Positions 1 through 9,469 of a stretch of DNA of 64,000 nt are shown one piece after another; the stretch's first letter is position 1, and each line of letters opens with the position of its first letter. The stretch covers positions 1-64,000 of the forward strand of contig JBOEGD010000022.1 in the NCBI GenBank assembly GCA_050633245.1, given 5' to 3'. This DNA comes from Calditrichia bacterium. Lineage in GTDB: Bacteria > Calditrichota > Calditrichia > RBG-13-44-9 > J075. A program made the position numbers and the translations under genes. Under the pieces are notes generated by a model. That model had not been told where the DNA came from, did not search any database, and worked only from the letters and a program-made list of their open reading frames with translations.

Positions 1-262
1 TTTTGAGTTCTTTTAAGAAGGAGAAATCGCTGATTTGATTATCGCTAAGGTAGAGCGTTTGCAGGTTTGCCAGATCCTGTAGGTAAGAGATGATTTTGTA
101 ATGCTGATTATCCAAATAACTGTACAATGAAATAGCAATAACCTGGTTGCTATCATCTACCATGTAGCTCCGCAGGGATTTCATCTGCTCGATTTTTTCG
201 ACTCTGGTTAGTCGTAATCCCAGAGTCTCTTCTATTTGGCGAATGATATCCCGATCAGACAT
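1..262 (-). CDS. Leucine-rich repeat protein, N-terminal part (runs off the window; possibly LRR-Roc/COR type)
   Basis: Not in the ORF track. Manual translation from ATG at 262 (purine-rich GAGGAAAGAAAGG upstream): MSDRDIIRQIEETLGLRL...LQDLANLQTLYLSDNQISDFSFLKELK, matching the LxxLxxLxLxxNxIxD consensus. Confidence 0.75.
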   Translation of the reverse strand, partial: MSDRDIIRQIEETLGLRLTRVEKIEQMKSLRSYMVDDSNQVIAISLYSYLDNQHYKIISYLQDLANLQTLYLSDNQISDFSFLKELK

Positions 263-315
263 AGTGCCTTTCTTTCCTCAACGATGAGTTTATTCAGTAA
301 ACGACTTTAAAGATA

Positions 316-1404
316 TTATTTCAATGCCCCTACTACAGTCGCTAAATGCATCCAGTTGTCGCCCAGCCAGTTTTTCAGTTTTTCAATAGGTGATCTCAGC
401 TCTGCTTTGTAGCTCTCAAAAGCATCTTCTTCGCGAATAAGGTTTATTGCAGTGGCAATCTCCTCGTCAATTTCACTACGGAGTGGATTTTCAAGTTCGA
501 TAAACTCGTTTGCTGTTTCCAGTGCCTTTTTTGTTTTAATGGTGTTTGCCTGGCTCAACTGCATTTTAGCCAGAATGTCCTTTATCTCTTTCAGACAGAG
601 TTTTGCTTCTTCCAGAGATCCCGCAGCCGGCGGCGCTGTATTATTATGTGAGCTGTGAGTAACGGTGTTTTTATCGCCAGTAATCAAAACGCTGCCGGAT
701 ACATTCCCGCCAACAGAGATGTTGCGATTGTTTGTGATACTCTGCCCTACTTCCTGTCCGTCGGTTTTATTATTCTGTTCATTCTCTTTTGCCATTGTTG
801 CCTCCCGCTGCTTGAATGTTTTAAGCAGCTCATCGTTTTTTATGATATTAATTTTTTCACTACCCGATAGCTCAATATTCTTAACAGCTTTTTTACCGAG
901 TTGACAAGCATTTTCAATATCCTTTCCGGCAGCAAGGGCATTATAAAAGCCCTCAGAGAACGCGATAGCCACTTCGTTTTCAAGTCTCCGATCAGAGCCA
1001 ATAACATAGGGAACATGATCAATGAGAATCTTTGCAGTTGGGTCGGTCCAACAAGCGTTGAGCACAATACAGCAAATATTTCCGTTTGCGTCAATTATGT
1101 CTATCAATTCAGTGAATTTATCTGCGCTTATCGGATTGGCGATACGTTCAGTATCCATAAAAAAAAGCCCCTGCTCGAAGTCGCCATGTCCGGAGAAATG
1201 AAGGATGTATGGTAGCTGTCGGTTCATTTCATTCTGCAGCTTTTGCATATTGACGCTCAATATAGGTGGGCGCAGGCTATATGGATTGCTGTTTAAACGA
1301 GAATCGAGCTGCTGATTAATACGATCATACTCCACATCAAAATGCGGGTCACCCTTGCCAATCGGATTGGCGGCTATAAACAAAACTGATTTATCTCTGC
1401 TCAT
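316..1404 (-). CDS. CHAT-domain (caspase-like) protease with the shared 22-aa motif and a C-terminal helical domain
   Basis: LFIAANP start, HFSGHG (catalytic His) and VLNAC (catalytic Cys), AIAFSEGFYNAL; motif RNISVGGNVSGSVLITGDKNTV at aa 227-248. Confidence 0.9.
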   Translation of the reverse strand: MSRDKSVLFIAANPIGKGDPHFDVEYDRINQQLDSRLNSNPYSLRPPILSVNMQKLQNEMNRQLPYILHFSGHGDFEQGLFFMDTERIANPISADKFTELIDIIDANGNICCIVLNACWTDPTAKILIDHVPYVIGSDRRLENEVAIAFSEGFYNALAAGKDIENACQLGKKAVKNIELSGSEKINIIKNDELLKTFKQREATMAKENEQNNKTDGQEVGQSITNNRNISVGGNVSGSVLITGDKNTVTHSSHNNTAPPAAGSLEEAKLCLKEIKDILAKMQLSQANTIKTKKALETANEFIELENPLRSEIDEEIATAINLIREEDAFESYKAELRSPIEKLKNWLGDNWMHLATVVGALK

Positions 1405-1423
1405 ATGTTATCCTCGTTGTAGT

Positions 1424-2395
1424 TCAAGCGTTTAATAATTCCTGCATTTTTTCATGAAAAGCCGAAGCCACCTTGAAAGCGCCTTCATCACTGGGATGAA
1501 TTTCATCTTCCCAAAGCTCTTTTATTGGCAGAAGCGGTCGGGCATCGACGTAATCAAACTTATCCGGAAAGAGTTCTTTTAGAGACTGCATGACTTGCTC
1601 GCGGAAGTCGTCGATAATGATCTTAACGATATTCGGTCGCATCTCTTCCGGTATGTTGCGGTCATCGAAATGCTTTGCCATCCAGCCGCCGCGCTTTTTA
1701 CCGGCGTAACTATAGGTATGTCCGATAATCTGTACGCCCGGATGTGTTGAGAGCACCTGCTCGATTATATCACTATAGTGATTGCGTAATTTAGCCAGGC
1801 TGTGGTTGAGGCGCTCACGTTTAATCAGGTTTTCCGGTGGCTCTCCTGCTGAATAATCTTTAATGTGCTCCGGAAATTCATCACCGATTACATCGTTTCC
1901 ACCCGCGCTCAGCAGGAAAAACCGGGGTTGGGTTCTTTCAATAATCGTAACATACTCCGCGATGTTCACCATGTCGATAATTGTGTCTCCGGCAGCACCG
2001 AGGCTGCGAATGGCGTACTCATCAAAGCGCTGATCGTCTATAAGGTGATCGATCACATCGCAAATCAGCGGATGCTGAAACCAGGAATCGCCCTCTGAAA
2101 CCACCATTAATGATTCTGGTCTGCGGATCAGCTGCTCGCGCAGCTTGGCCAACCTTTGCCGCCGTTTCCAGGAATTGGCCAGTCGCATTAGCATCGACAT
2201 AATGCCGCCGCCAACTCCGCCGCGATATCCGCCGCCGGAGTCATCCAACAGCTCTACATCGTCACGCAACACCAGCGTGGGGCACATCTGCCCCTCACGG
2301 GTGGATAATTCAAAATATTCAAGCAGCTTTTCTTCGCTAAGATCTTTTTTGAGCAGCAGGTCTTCCAATTCGGAAACGCGAATTTGTTTCGGCAT
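1424..2395 (-). CDS. SGNH/GDSL-family hydrolase with an N-terminal extension
   Basis: Block I EGDSWF, block III SAGGND, block V DEIHP. Confidence 0.85.
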   Translation of the reverse strand: MPKQIRVSELEDLLLKKDLSEEKLLEYFELSTREGQMCPTLVLRDDVELLDDSGGGYRGGVGGGIMSMLMRLANSWKRRQRLAKLREQLIRRPESLMVVSEGDSWFQHPLICDVIDHLIDDQRFDEYAIRSLGAAGDTIIDMVNIAEYVTIIERTQPRFFLLSAGGNDVIGDEFPEHIKDYSAGEPPENLIKRERLNHSLAKLRNHYSDIIEQVLSTHPGVQIIGHTYSYAGKKRGGWMAKHFDDRNIPEEMRPNIVKIIIDDFREQVMQSLKELFPDKFDYVDARPLLPIKELWEDEIHPSDEGAFKVASAFHEKMQELLNA

Positions 2396-2698
2396 AGTTT
2401 TCCCCTCCGGGCTAAAAGGTGTGGCAATTATTTTGCCTGCTTTACCAGCGAAAAGTAGCGACTTAAAACATCTGTTGATAAAGCATGGTGCGCTTCTTAC
2501 TAGAGGGGAGTATTGTTTTAATTACGCAAAAAAATATGTCGAGTTCAAGATTGGTGTAAAAAATTTCAGTATTGGGGATTATGATGCGGTGAATCAGTAG
2601 ATTCTTTGTTGAATCTTGCAGTATTGTTGTTATCTTTTTAAACAACTCCCCTTGATCTATTCAAATTGTTATTGCATGAACCTTTCTCAGGAGCCGCT

Positions 2699-5600
2699 AT
2701 GCCTGAACCGTTAACGATTTCCATTGCCGGCGGCATCATTAGTTCACTGGCAGCCAACATGCTGCAAAATGCCGGCGTAAAACTACGCAAAGCTATTCGC
2801 AAGTCCGGTCAGGAAGAGGCGTTGCGTCGCTGTACTCAAGCGGGGGTGGCAGCTTTCCTCGGAGTTATCAAAACCAACAGTCAGGAAGAAATTGACCATC
2901 TGGATACTATCTTCCGCGCTTTTTTTGAGAAACCGGACGTTGCCGAGGAGCTGGCAATGTTGCTGGAGGGCGAGCTGCCGGATGAAGAGGCTTTGCTGAA
3001 ACAGTTCGAGCAAGCCGGGTTTATCGCAGAACAACTACCGGGACTGGATTTTGAAGTATCCATGTCTGCATTTCAGCAAACCTTTATTGCCTCTGCGGCC
3101 GGAGAAGGAGAGCTGGCAGGCAATATCCAGGCGCTGAACCTGATAAAACAGAGCAAAATCCAAAACGAGTCACTTGAGACCTTGAAGCAAATTTCAGCAG
3201 TCCTCAAGTCCCTTAAAGAAGACACGCTACAGATGGCTTCCGGCAAGATTACCGGCAGCATTGCGGAAACCGGGCAGGAAGGCGGGGTAGATTTTACGCA
3301 GCAACTGCGGCCCTATTTTTCCGGAATGACTTCAGAAAACTCCAGCCGGTCAGTTACTATTGGTGGCGATGTTCAGAAAAGCATTATTATTACCGGGGAC
3401 AGGGCCAAGGTAGACGCATTTTTCAACTTTGGAAACTATTATGCTACCTCAAATGAGGCAACTGCTTCCGAAGACAATTCTACCGCTACACGAGTCCGCT
3501 ACCTGAACAGCCTAATCAACCATTGCCAAACTCTGCCGCTAGCTGCGCTGGGTGAAAACGTGACGCTGAAGGAAGAGATTACTCTTGATAAAGTGTACGT
3601 CGGTCTGGATACCACCACTATGCAAGAGCTTACTGATAGTGAACGCAAGGTGTTATCAGAAAAATCTGGGCGGGAGATAGAGAAAGATGCTAAACGTCCA
3701 ACAACCGCTCTGGAAGCAGCAGAAGGCAACGACCGGCTGGTGCTGCTCGGTGATCCCGGTGCCGGCAAGAGCACTTTTGCAAAGCAGCTTTGTGTGCAGT
3801 TGGCAACGGCTGCACTGGAACGTGGAGACGAGGTTAGCCTGCCAGTTTTTATAAATCTGCGTGATCTCGCTGCGAAGCTCAAAACCGATTCCTTAAAAAA
3901 GTTATCTGCCAGTGACCGTACCATTGAGCTGCGGCGTTTAATGACAGAACAGATACAGCGCTCATTCGCCGAATTGGAAAGTGAGGAATTTGGGGAGACT
4001 TTTTTAAAAGGAATTCAGAATGCGAAATGTCTGCTGGTATTAGACGGCCTCGATGAGGTGCCTTTTGACAAACGCGAATCGATGCGGGATTTGGTGGGCG
4101 AATCCTGTGCGTATTTTAAGCTGCAAAAACTGTTAATTACCTGCCGGGTTCGCAGTTATAGCGACGCCAGCCACTTCGATGGTTTTGCAAGCTATACATT
4201 GGCGCCGTTTAATGCCGATAAGATTCGCAACTTTATCCGCGGTTGGTATCTGGCGCAGCAGAGTATGGGACGAATTGTAGCGGCTCAGATTGAGGACAAG
4301 ATTGAAGACCTTGCTAAAGCGGCTCTTGAGGGTTCGCTGAAAGAGATTGCCGGCAACCCGATGCTGTTGACCACGATGAGCATTATCCACCAGCGTGATA
4401 TTGGCCTGCCGGATCGCCGGGTAGAGCTGTATAAATTAGCCGTGGAGGTTCTACTGCATCGCTGGCGGGAACATCAGGCCGGGGATCAACTTGGTATATC
4501 CGATGAATTAAGAGATTTTCTGCGCGATGATAGTCGTTTGCGTCCCATGATTGAACGTTTAGCTTACGAAGCTCACAGACCACAGCTACACAATCAATAT
4601 TCCGGTAGTTTGGATCGTGGAACTGCATTGGTGTTACTGGGGGATAATTATCTTGGTGGGGTAGATTTAGCTGATCAATTCTTAGACTATATTGATCAAC
4701 ACTCTGGTCTCTTCGTTGGTGAAAGCGGGGAGCCAGGCAGGGTGTTGACCTATGGTTTCCCACATCGAACTTTCCAAGAATATCTGGCTGGTTGCTATTT
4801 GGTATCTCAACGTGATCTGGTACGACAGATACTTTTTCTCGCTGAAGAAGGGGACTATTGGAGTACTGCATTGCAGCTGGGTTTTGAGGAGTTGCGCTAT
4901 AATCGTCGAAGTGATAACCAGCTATTAGATCTTGCCTATCAACTTTGTAGCAGTGAATCTGCGAAAACAGCTGTAGTAGAGCGTCAGCACTTGTGGTCGT
5001 CTAACATTGCAAAACTACTAGGAACTCAAAAAATAGAACAGGACAAGTCAATATCATGCGGCGGAGCAGTTTATTTGAAGCGAATCCGTGCTGCTTTGGT
5101 AAACCGTTTATCTGGCTCTCTCCCATCTGTAGAGCGCATGCAAGCAGGAAATAACTTGGCATTATTAGGTGATCCACGTTTGGGAATAACAACTGTGGAT
5201 GGTATAGAGTTTTGTTATGTACCAGAAGGTCCGTTTGGATATCGTGATCGGGAAAGCCCCAGCCTACTTTCTGTTTACTGGCTTAGCAGATATCCAATTT
5301 CGAATGCACAGTATAATATCTTTATTAAAGAAAAAGGCTATAAAAACCCTAATTATTGGGAGGAAGCAATTGATGCCAAAGTTTGGAATGCTGGGGTGGT
5401 TAAAGGTCGCTATGAAGAAAAAGCAAGTGCTTTTCCTAGACTTTTTAGAGAAGAGTTTAATTACTCTAATCGCCCCCAGGTTGGTGTTAGCTGGTATGAA
5501 GCAATCGCTTTTTGTCGTTGGCTCACTGAATTAAGTCACAAAAAAAAGTGGCTAAGTCAAGATCTTCGAATTGACCTGCCTACTGAATTTCAATGGGAAA

Positions 5601-6070
5601 AATCTGCTTTAGGGGGAAGGAGTATTAATAATCAGGCAATAATTTTACCCTTAAGGGAGCTCAGAGAGAATGAAACGGAAACCCTTTTGTTAGGGGCTCA
5701 AAAAAACCCGATGCCTCATAGACTATACCCATGGGGTGAAAAAGTTGACGCAAATGTGGCTAATTGTCGCCAAACGGGTGTAGGAACTACAAGCTCTTTA
5801 GGGTGCTTTCCAAAAGGAATGAGTCCTGTTGGCTGTGAGGAGATGAGCGGTAATGTTTGGGAGTGGTGTCAATCCAAGTTCTGGGGAGGAGGGAGGCTTG
5901 GAGCAGCAAAAGATGGACGAGTGCTCCGTGGAGGTTCATGGCTTAACCATGACTTTAATCTACGTTGCTCCTATCCATATTTTGAATACCCTGATTTACG
6001 TAAAAATTTTATTGGTTTCCGTGTTGGGGTTTTTCCGGTTGGGGGACAGGGTAGATCGGAGATGACGTGA
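2699..6070 (+). CDS. NACHT NTPase + C-terminal FGE-sulfatase (CLec-fold) domain, with an N-terminal helical domain and the shared motif
   Basis: Start moved to ATG 2699 (AGGAG SD). Walker A GDPGAGKST, Walker B LVLDGLDE, GNPMLLT, FPHRTFQEY; FGE motifs LPTEFQWEK, MSGNVWEW, RGGSW, GFR. Confidence 0.9.
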   Translation: MPEPLTISIAGGIISSLAANMLQNAGVKLRKAIRKSGQEEALRRCTQAGVAAFLGVIKTNSQEEIDHLDTIFRAFFEKPDVAEELAMLLEGELPDEEALLKQFEQAGFIAEQLPGLDFEVSMSAFQQTFIASAAGEGELAGNIQALNLIKQSKIQNESLETLKQISAVLKSLKEDTLQMASGKITGSIAETGQEGGVDFTQQLRPYFSGMTSENSSRSVTIGGDVQKSIIITGDRAKVDAFFNFGNYYATSNEATASEDNSTATRVRYLNSLINHCQTLPLAALGENVTLKEEITLDKVYVGLDTTTMQELTDSERKVLSEKSGREIEKDAKRPTTALEAAEGNDRLVLLGDPGAGKSTFAKQLCVQLATAALERGDEVSLPVFINLRDLAAKLKTDSLKKLSASDRTIELRRLMTEQIQRSFAELESEEFGETFLKGIQNAKCLLVLDGLDEVPFDKRESMRDLVGESCAYFKLQKLLITCRVRSYSDASHFDGFASYTLAPFNADKIRNFIRGWYLAQQSMGRIVAAQIEDKIEDLAKAALEGSLKEIAGNPMLLTTMSIIHQRDIGLPDRRVELYKLAVEVLLHRWREHQAGDQLGISDELRDFLRDDSRLRPMIERLAYEAHRPQLHNQYSGSLDRGTALVLLGDNYLGGVDLADQFLDYIDQHSGLFVGESGEPGRVLTYGFPHRTFQEYLAGCYLVSQRDLVRQILFLAEEGDYWSTALQLGFEELRYNRRSDNQLLDLAYQLCSSESAKTAVVERQHLWSSNIAKLLGTQKIEQDKSISCGGAVYLKRIRAALVNRLSGSLPSVERMQAGNNLALLGDPRLGITTVDGIEFCYVPEGPFGYRDRESPSLLSVYWLSRYPISNAQYNIFIKEKGYKNPNYWEEAIDAKVWNAGVVKGRYEEKASAFPRLFREEFNYSNRPQVGVSWYEAIAFCRWLTELSHKKKWLSQDLRIDLPTEFQWEKSALGGRSINNQAIILPLRELRENETETLLLGAQKNPMPHRLYPWGEKVDANVANCRQTGVGTTSSLGCFPKGMSPVGCEEMSGNVWEWCQSKFWGGGRLGAAKDGRVLRGGSWLNHDFNLRCSYPYFEYPDLRKNFIGFRVGVFPVGGQGRSEMT

Positions 6071-6160
6071 GCGGGCGAAGGACGGTGAAAAATTATAGAA
6101 ATAGCAAATTAAGAGCATCAGCTCCAGTGGAGCTGAATAATTGCAACATATGGGGCAAAC

Positions 6161-8881
6161 ATGTCTGCAACTAACTACGGCGATGTAAAAAAATCTGTCA
6201 TTATAACCGGGAACGGCAATTCAGTAACCTTTGTTGTTGATGATTCAACCGAAAAGGCGGCGCAGGCTCGCGCGGCTTATCTGGTTTATATGTTCAATAG
6301 CCTGCGAAAGCTACAGCTTGGTGGTATTGATCGACAAGCAGCGAGTGAGGACAATCCTCAATTAAGCCTTGATGGAATTTACACTGCTTTAATGACCGGC
6401 AGACCCGAATCTCACATGGAAAAGATCGAAGGGGAGAAAAAAGAGGCAAAATTGCTCTCGGTACTGGAAGAGCTGGATGCACAAACAGAACTGGCACTTC
6501 TCGGTGAACCGGGCAGCGGTAAGAGTACTTTTGTGAACTTTCTGGTGCTGTGCCTTACTGGCGAAGCAATTGGGCACCCTCACGCCAATTTACAGGCATT
6601 AACCGAACCGCTGCCAACTACAGAGGATGCCGAGGAGAAGGAAAAAGAGCGTCGCCAAAAGTGGATGCACGGAGCGTTATTACCAGTACGCGTAATACTG
6701 CGCGATTTTGCAAAAGGTGGATTACCTGAAGAAGGACCTGCGACGGCTGACCATCTATGGCAGCATATTCGCAGTACTCTTGAAGACAATCGACAGGGAA
6801 GTTTTGCAGAACACTTGCATGAAGAACTACAGCAGAGTGGTGGACTGATTATGTTGGATGGACTGGACGAGGTCTCCGACCCGGAGCGCGTTCGACCGCA
6901 GATTATTCAGGCAGTTAATGCCTTCAAAAACGCCTATTCCAACTGCCGCTTTCTGGTTACCAGTCGCACCTATGCCTATCAGAAACAGGCGTGGAAGCTG
7001 CCGGGGTTTAAAGAGGCGATTATTCAACCCTTTAATCTGCCTCAAATTACGCAGTTTGTAGATCGTTGGTATACTCATATCGGGGAACTGCGGCAATGGT
7101 CTGTGCAGGATTCACAGGGCAAGGCTGCGGTACTGAAAAGCGCTATATCAGCTAACAGCAATTTACAGCACCTTGCCGATCGTCCGCTGTTGCTGACCTT
7201 AATGGCCAGCCTGCATGCCTGGCGCGGTGGTACTCTGCCGGATAAGCGTGAAGAGTTGTATCAGGACTCGGTTGACCTGTTGCTGGATTGGTGGGAACGC
7301 CCTAAAATTGAACACCTGGCTTCCGGGCAGATTCGCGAAGTGCAGCCTGGCATTGCACAGTGGCTGCAGGCGGACAGGGATAAAGTGCGGGACTTGCTGA
7401 ACGAGCTGGCTTATAAAGCGCATGCCGACCAGCAAGATCTGGATGGCTGTGCCGATATTCCGGAAGGGGATTTGGTGCTGGGGCTCATGGACATCAACAA
7501 CAATAAAGATGCAAACACCAAAATGTTAGTTGAATACCTGAGCTTTCGTGCCGGACTGCTGGTTCCGCGTGGGCAGCGAGTTTACAGCCTTCCACACCGC
7601 ACCTTTCAGGAGTATCTTGCGGCCTGCCATTTGACGGCTGATGACGACTATCCGCTTTCTTTGGCAGATCTTGCGCGCGCCGAACCGAATCGCTGGCGGG
7701 AGGCGGTAATGCTGGCGGCAGCCAAGGCCTGGCGGGGCGCGCGTTCCTCTATTTGGGGATTGGTAGATGCGCTCTGTTATGCCCCACCTAAGGACTCCGA
7801 TAATGCAGAAGCCGATATCTGGGGGGCACACCTGGCGGCTCAGGCGTTGGTGGAAGTTGCCGACTTAAGTCAGGTCTCGGCTCGTCAACAGCCAAAAGTG
7901 GAGCGATTGCGAGAATGGCTGTTGCGCTTAATGCGGGAAGACTGGCTTCCTCCCATCGAACGAGCTCTTGCCGGACGTAATCTAGCCAAGCTGGGTGATC
8001 CGCGGCCGGAGGTGATGACGCTGGAGGGTATGCAGTTTTGTTATGTTCCGGGCGGGCCGTTTATCTACCAGGGAGAAGAAAACGACTCTCTTTCCGAGGG
8101 CTTTTGGCTGGGACGCTACCCGGTCAGTAATGTGCAGTATCAGGAATTTGTAAAAGCAGGTGGGTATGCGAATCCTGCCTATTGGTCAGAGGCGGCTAAG
8201 GCTGGTTTGTGGGAAAACGGGCGGTTCAAGGGCAAATATGAAGATCATGCGACATCTGCCCCAAGGATTTTTGGCGAGCCATTTGATTTAGCAAATCATC
8301 CACAGGTTGGCTTTAGCTGGTATGAGGCTGTAGCATACTGCCGTTGGCTGACGGATTATGGCCGGGAGCAGGGCTGGATCGATAAAAAAAGCTGCTTTGT
8401 TTTACCTTCTGAGTTTCAATGGGAGAAAGCAGCTCGTGGTGGGGATCAAATTGGGGTCGAACCCATATTCATCAAGCTTGAGGAATTAAAAGATAAAAGA
8501 GGTGCTGCTGCAAAGCAGGAGTTAATTGCCAACCCCAATTACCGTCGGGAGTATCCGTGGGGAGATGAACTTACTTTAAACCTTGTGAATTGCAGCGATT
8601 CCGGCATTGACAGCACGAGTGCACTTGGGTGCTTTACGAGTGGAGTGGGTCCGCTCGGTATCGAAGAGATGGCAGGAAATGTTTTTGAGTGGAGTCTATC
8701 GAAATGGGGCGGTGACGTAGAAATAGATGCTAGCGGTAATGCCCGCGTTATTCGTGGCGGCTCGTGGGGCGCCATTGATGACCTCAACCGTTGTTCCGCT
8801 CGCCTGAGCTTCAATCCGTTCGACCGTTACGACCTCATCGGTTTTCGTATTGGTCTCTTCCCATCTTCGAAGAATGGGTGA
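6161..8881 (+). CDS. NACHT NTPase + FGE-sulfatase domain, paralog of the upstream gene; starts directly with the shared motif
   Basis: Walker A GEPGSGKST, Walker B IMLDGLDE, RPLLLT, PHRTFQEY; LPSEFQWEK, MAGNVFEW, RGGSW, GFR. Confidence 0.9.
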   Translation: MSATNYGDVKKSVIITGNGNSVTFVVDDSTEKAAQARAAYLVYMFNSLRKLQLGGIDRQAASEDNPQLSLDGIYTALMTGRPESHMEKIEGEKKEAKLLSVLEELDAQTELALLGEPGSGKSTFVNFLVLCLTGEAIGHPHANLQALTEPLPTTEDAEEKEKERRQKWMHGALLPVRVILRDFAKGGLPEEGPATADHLWQHIRSTLEDNRQGSFAEHLHEELQQSGGLIMLDGLDEVSDPERVRPQIIQAVNAFKNAYSNCRFLVTSRTYAYQKQAWKLPGFKEAIIQPFNLPQITQFVDRWYTHIGELRQWSVQDSQGKAAVLKSAISANSNLQHLADRPLLLTLMASLHAWRGGTLPDKREELYQDSVDLLLDWWERPKIEHLASGQIREVQPGIAQWLQADRDKVRDLLNELAYKAHADQQDLDGCADIPEGDLVLGLMDINNNKDANTKMLVEYLSFRAGLLVPRGQRVYSLPHRTFQEYLAACHLTADDDYPLSLADLARAEPNRWREAVMLAAAKAWRGARSSIWGLVDALCYAPPKDSDNAEADIWGAHLAAQALVEVADLSQVSARQQPKVERLREWLLRLMREDWLPPIERALAGRNLAKLGDPRPEVMTLEGMQFCYVPGGPFIYQGEENDSLSEGFWLGRYPVSNVQYQEFVKAGGYANPAYWSEAAKAGLWENGRFKGKYEDHATSAPRIFGEPFDLANHPQVGFSWYEAVAYCRWLTDYGREQGWIDKKSCFVLPSEFQWEKAARGGDQIGVEPIFIKLEELKDKRGAAAKQELIANPNYRREYPWGDELTLNLVNCSDSGIDSTSALGCFTSGVGPLGIEEMAGNVFEWSLSKWGGDVEIDASGNARVIRGGSWGAIDDLNRCSARLSFNPFDRYDLIGFRIGLFPSSKNG

Positions 8882-9469
8882 GCGGGTGACAAGGAGAGCG
8901 GGTGGGATATTGAATAAGGTATGAACTTTGGCTCTGTTTCTCTGATCTCTGTTTTCTCTGAACTCTGTTAATGCCACGCGTAGCGGGGCCGAAAGTTGAG
9001 GCGCGTAATTTTGAACAAGAGAGCTGGATATGACACATATGTTACGTGACAAGCGGGTAGATTGCTATAATTGTGGTAAGACTATTACTGTTAGGAGGTT
9101 GTTTTCTGCAAGGATTAGCGGGACACCCGATACAAAGGAAGAAATGGTTGCAGTTTTGGAGGTGAAGGATTACTTGGTTAAAAATGCTGAGTATGTGTAG
9201 AGCTGTGATGGCTCTTTGAGTTGCATGTATATGTAATAATATCTATATTGTTTCAAACTCCCCCCTAAGCAGCAAGCTCTTTAGTTGTGCTAAGAGCATT
9301 TCTTAAATAATTTTTCGCATCGTTCTTGTCGCCTATGAACTAAACATTATTGGTATACCACTCTTCCGGTAATTAACTGGGCTGAGATTTAATACTTCTA
9401 GAGTGCCAGAATGTTTGAAACGTGCGATATGTTTGTGTTGTTGAACTGTGAAGAATTGCCGGAGGTAAA

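Noticed and set aside
3326-3346. Internal start (MTSENSS) just before the motif in NACHT-1
   Set aside because: In-frame ATG is present but has no properly spaced SD, unlike the CHAT case.
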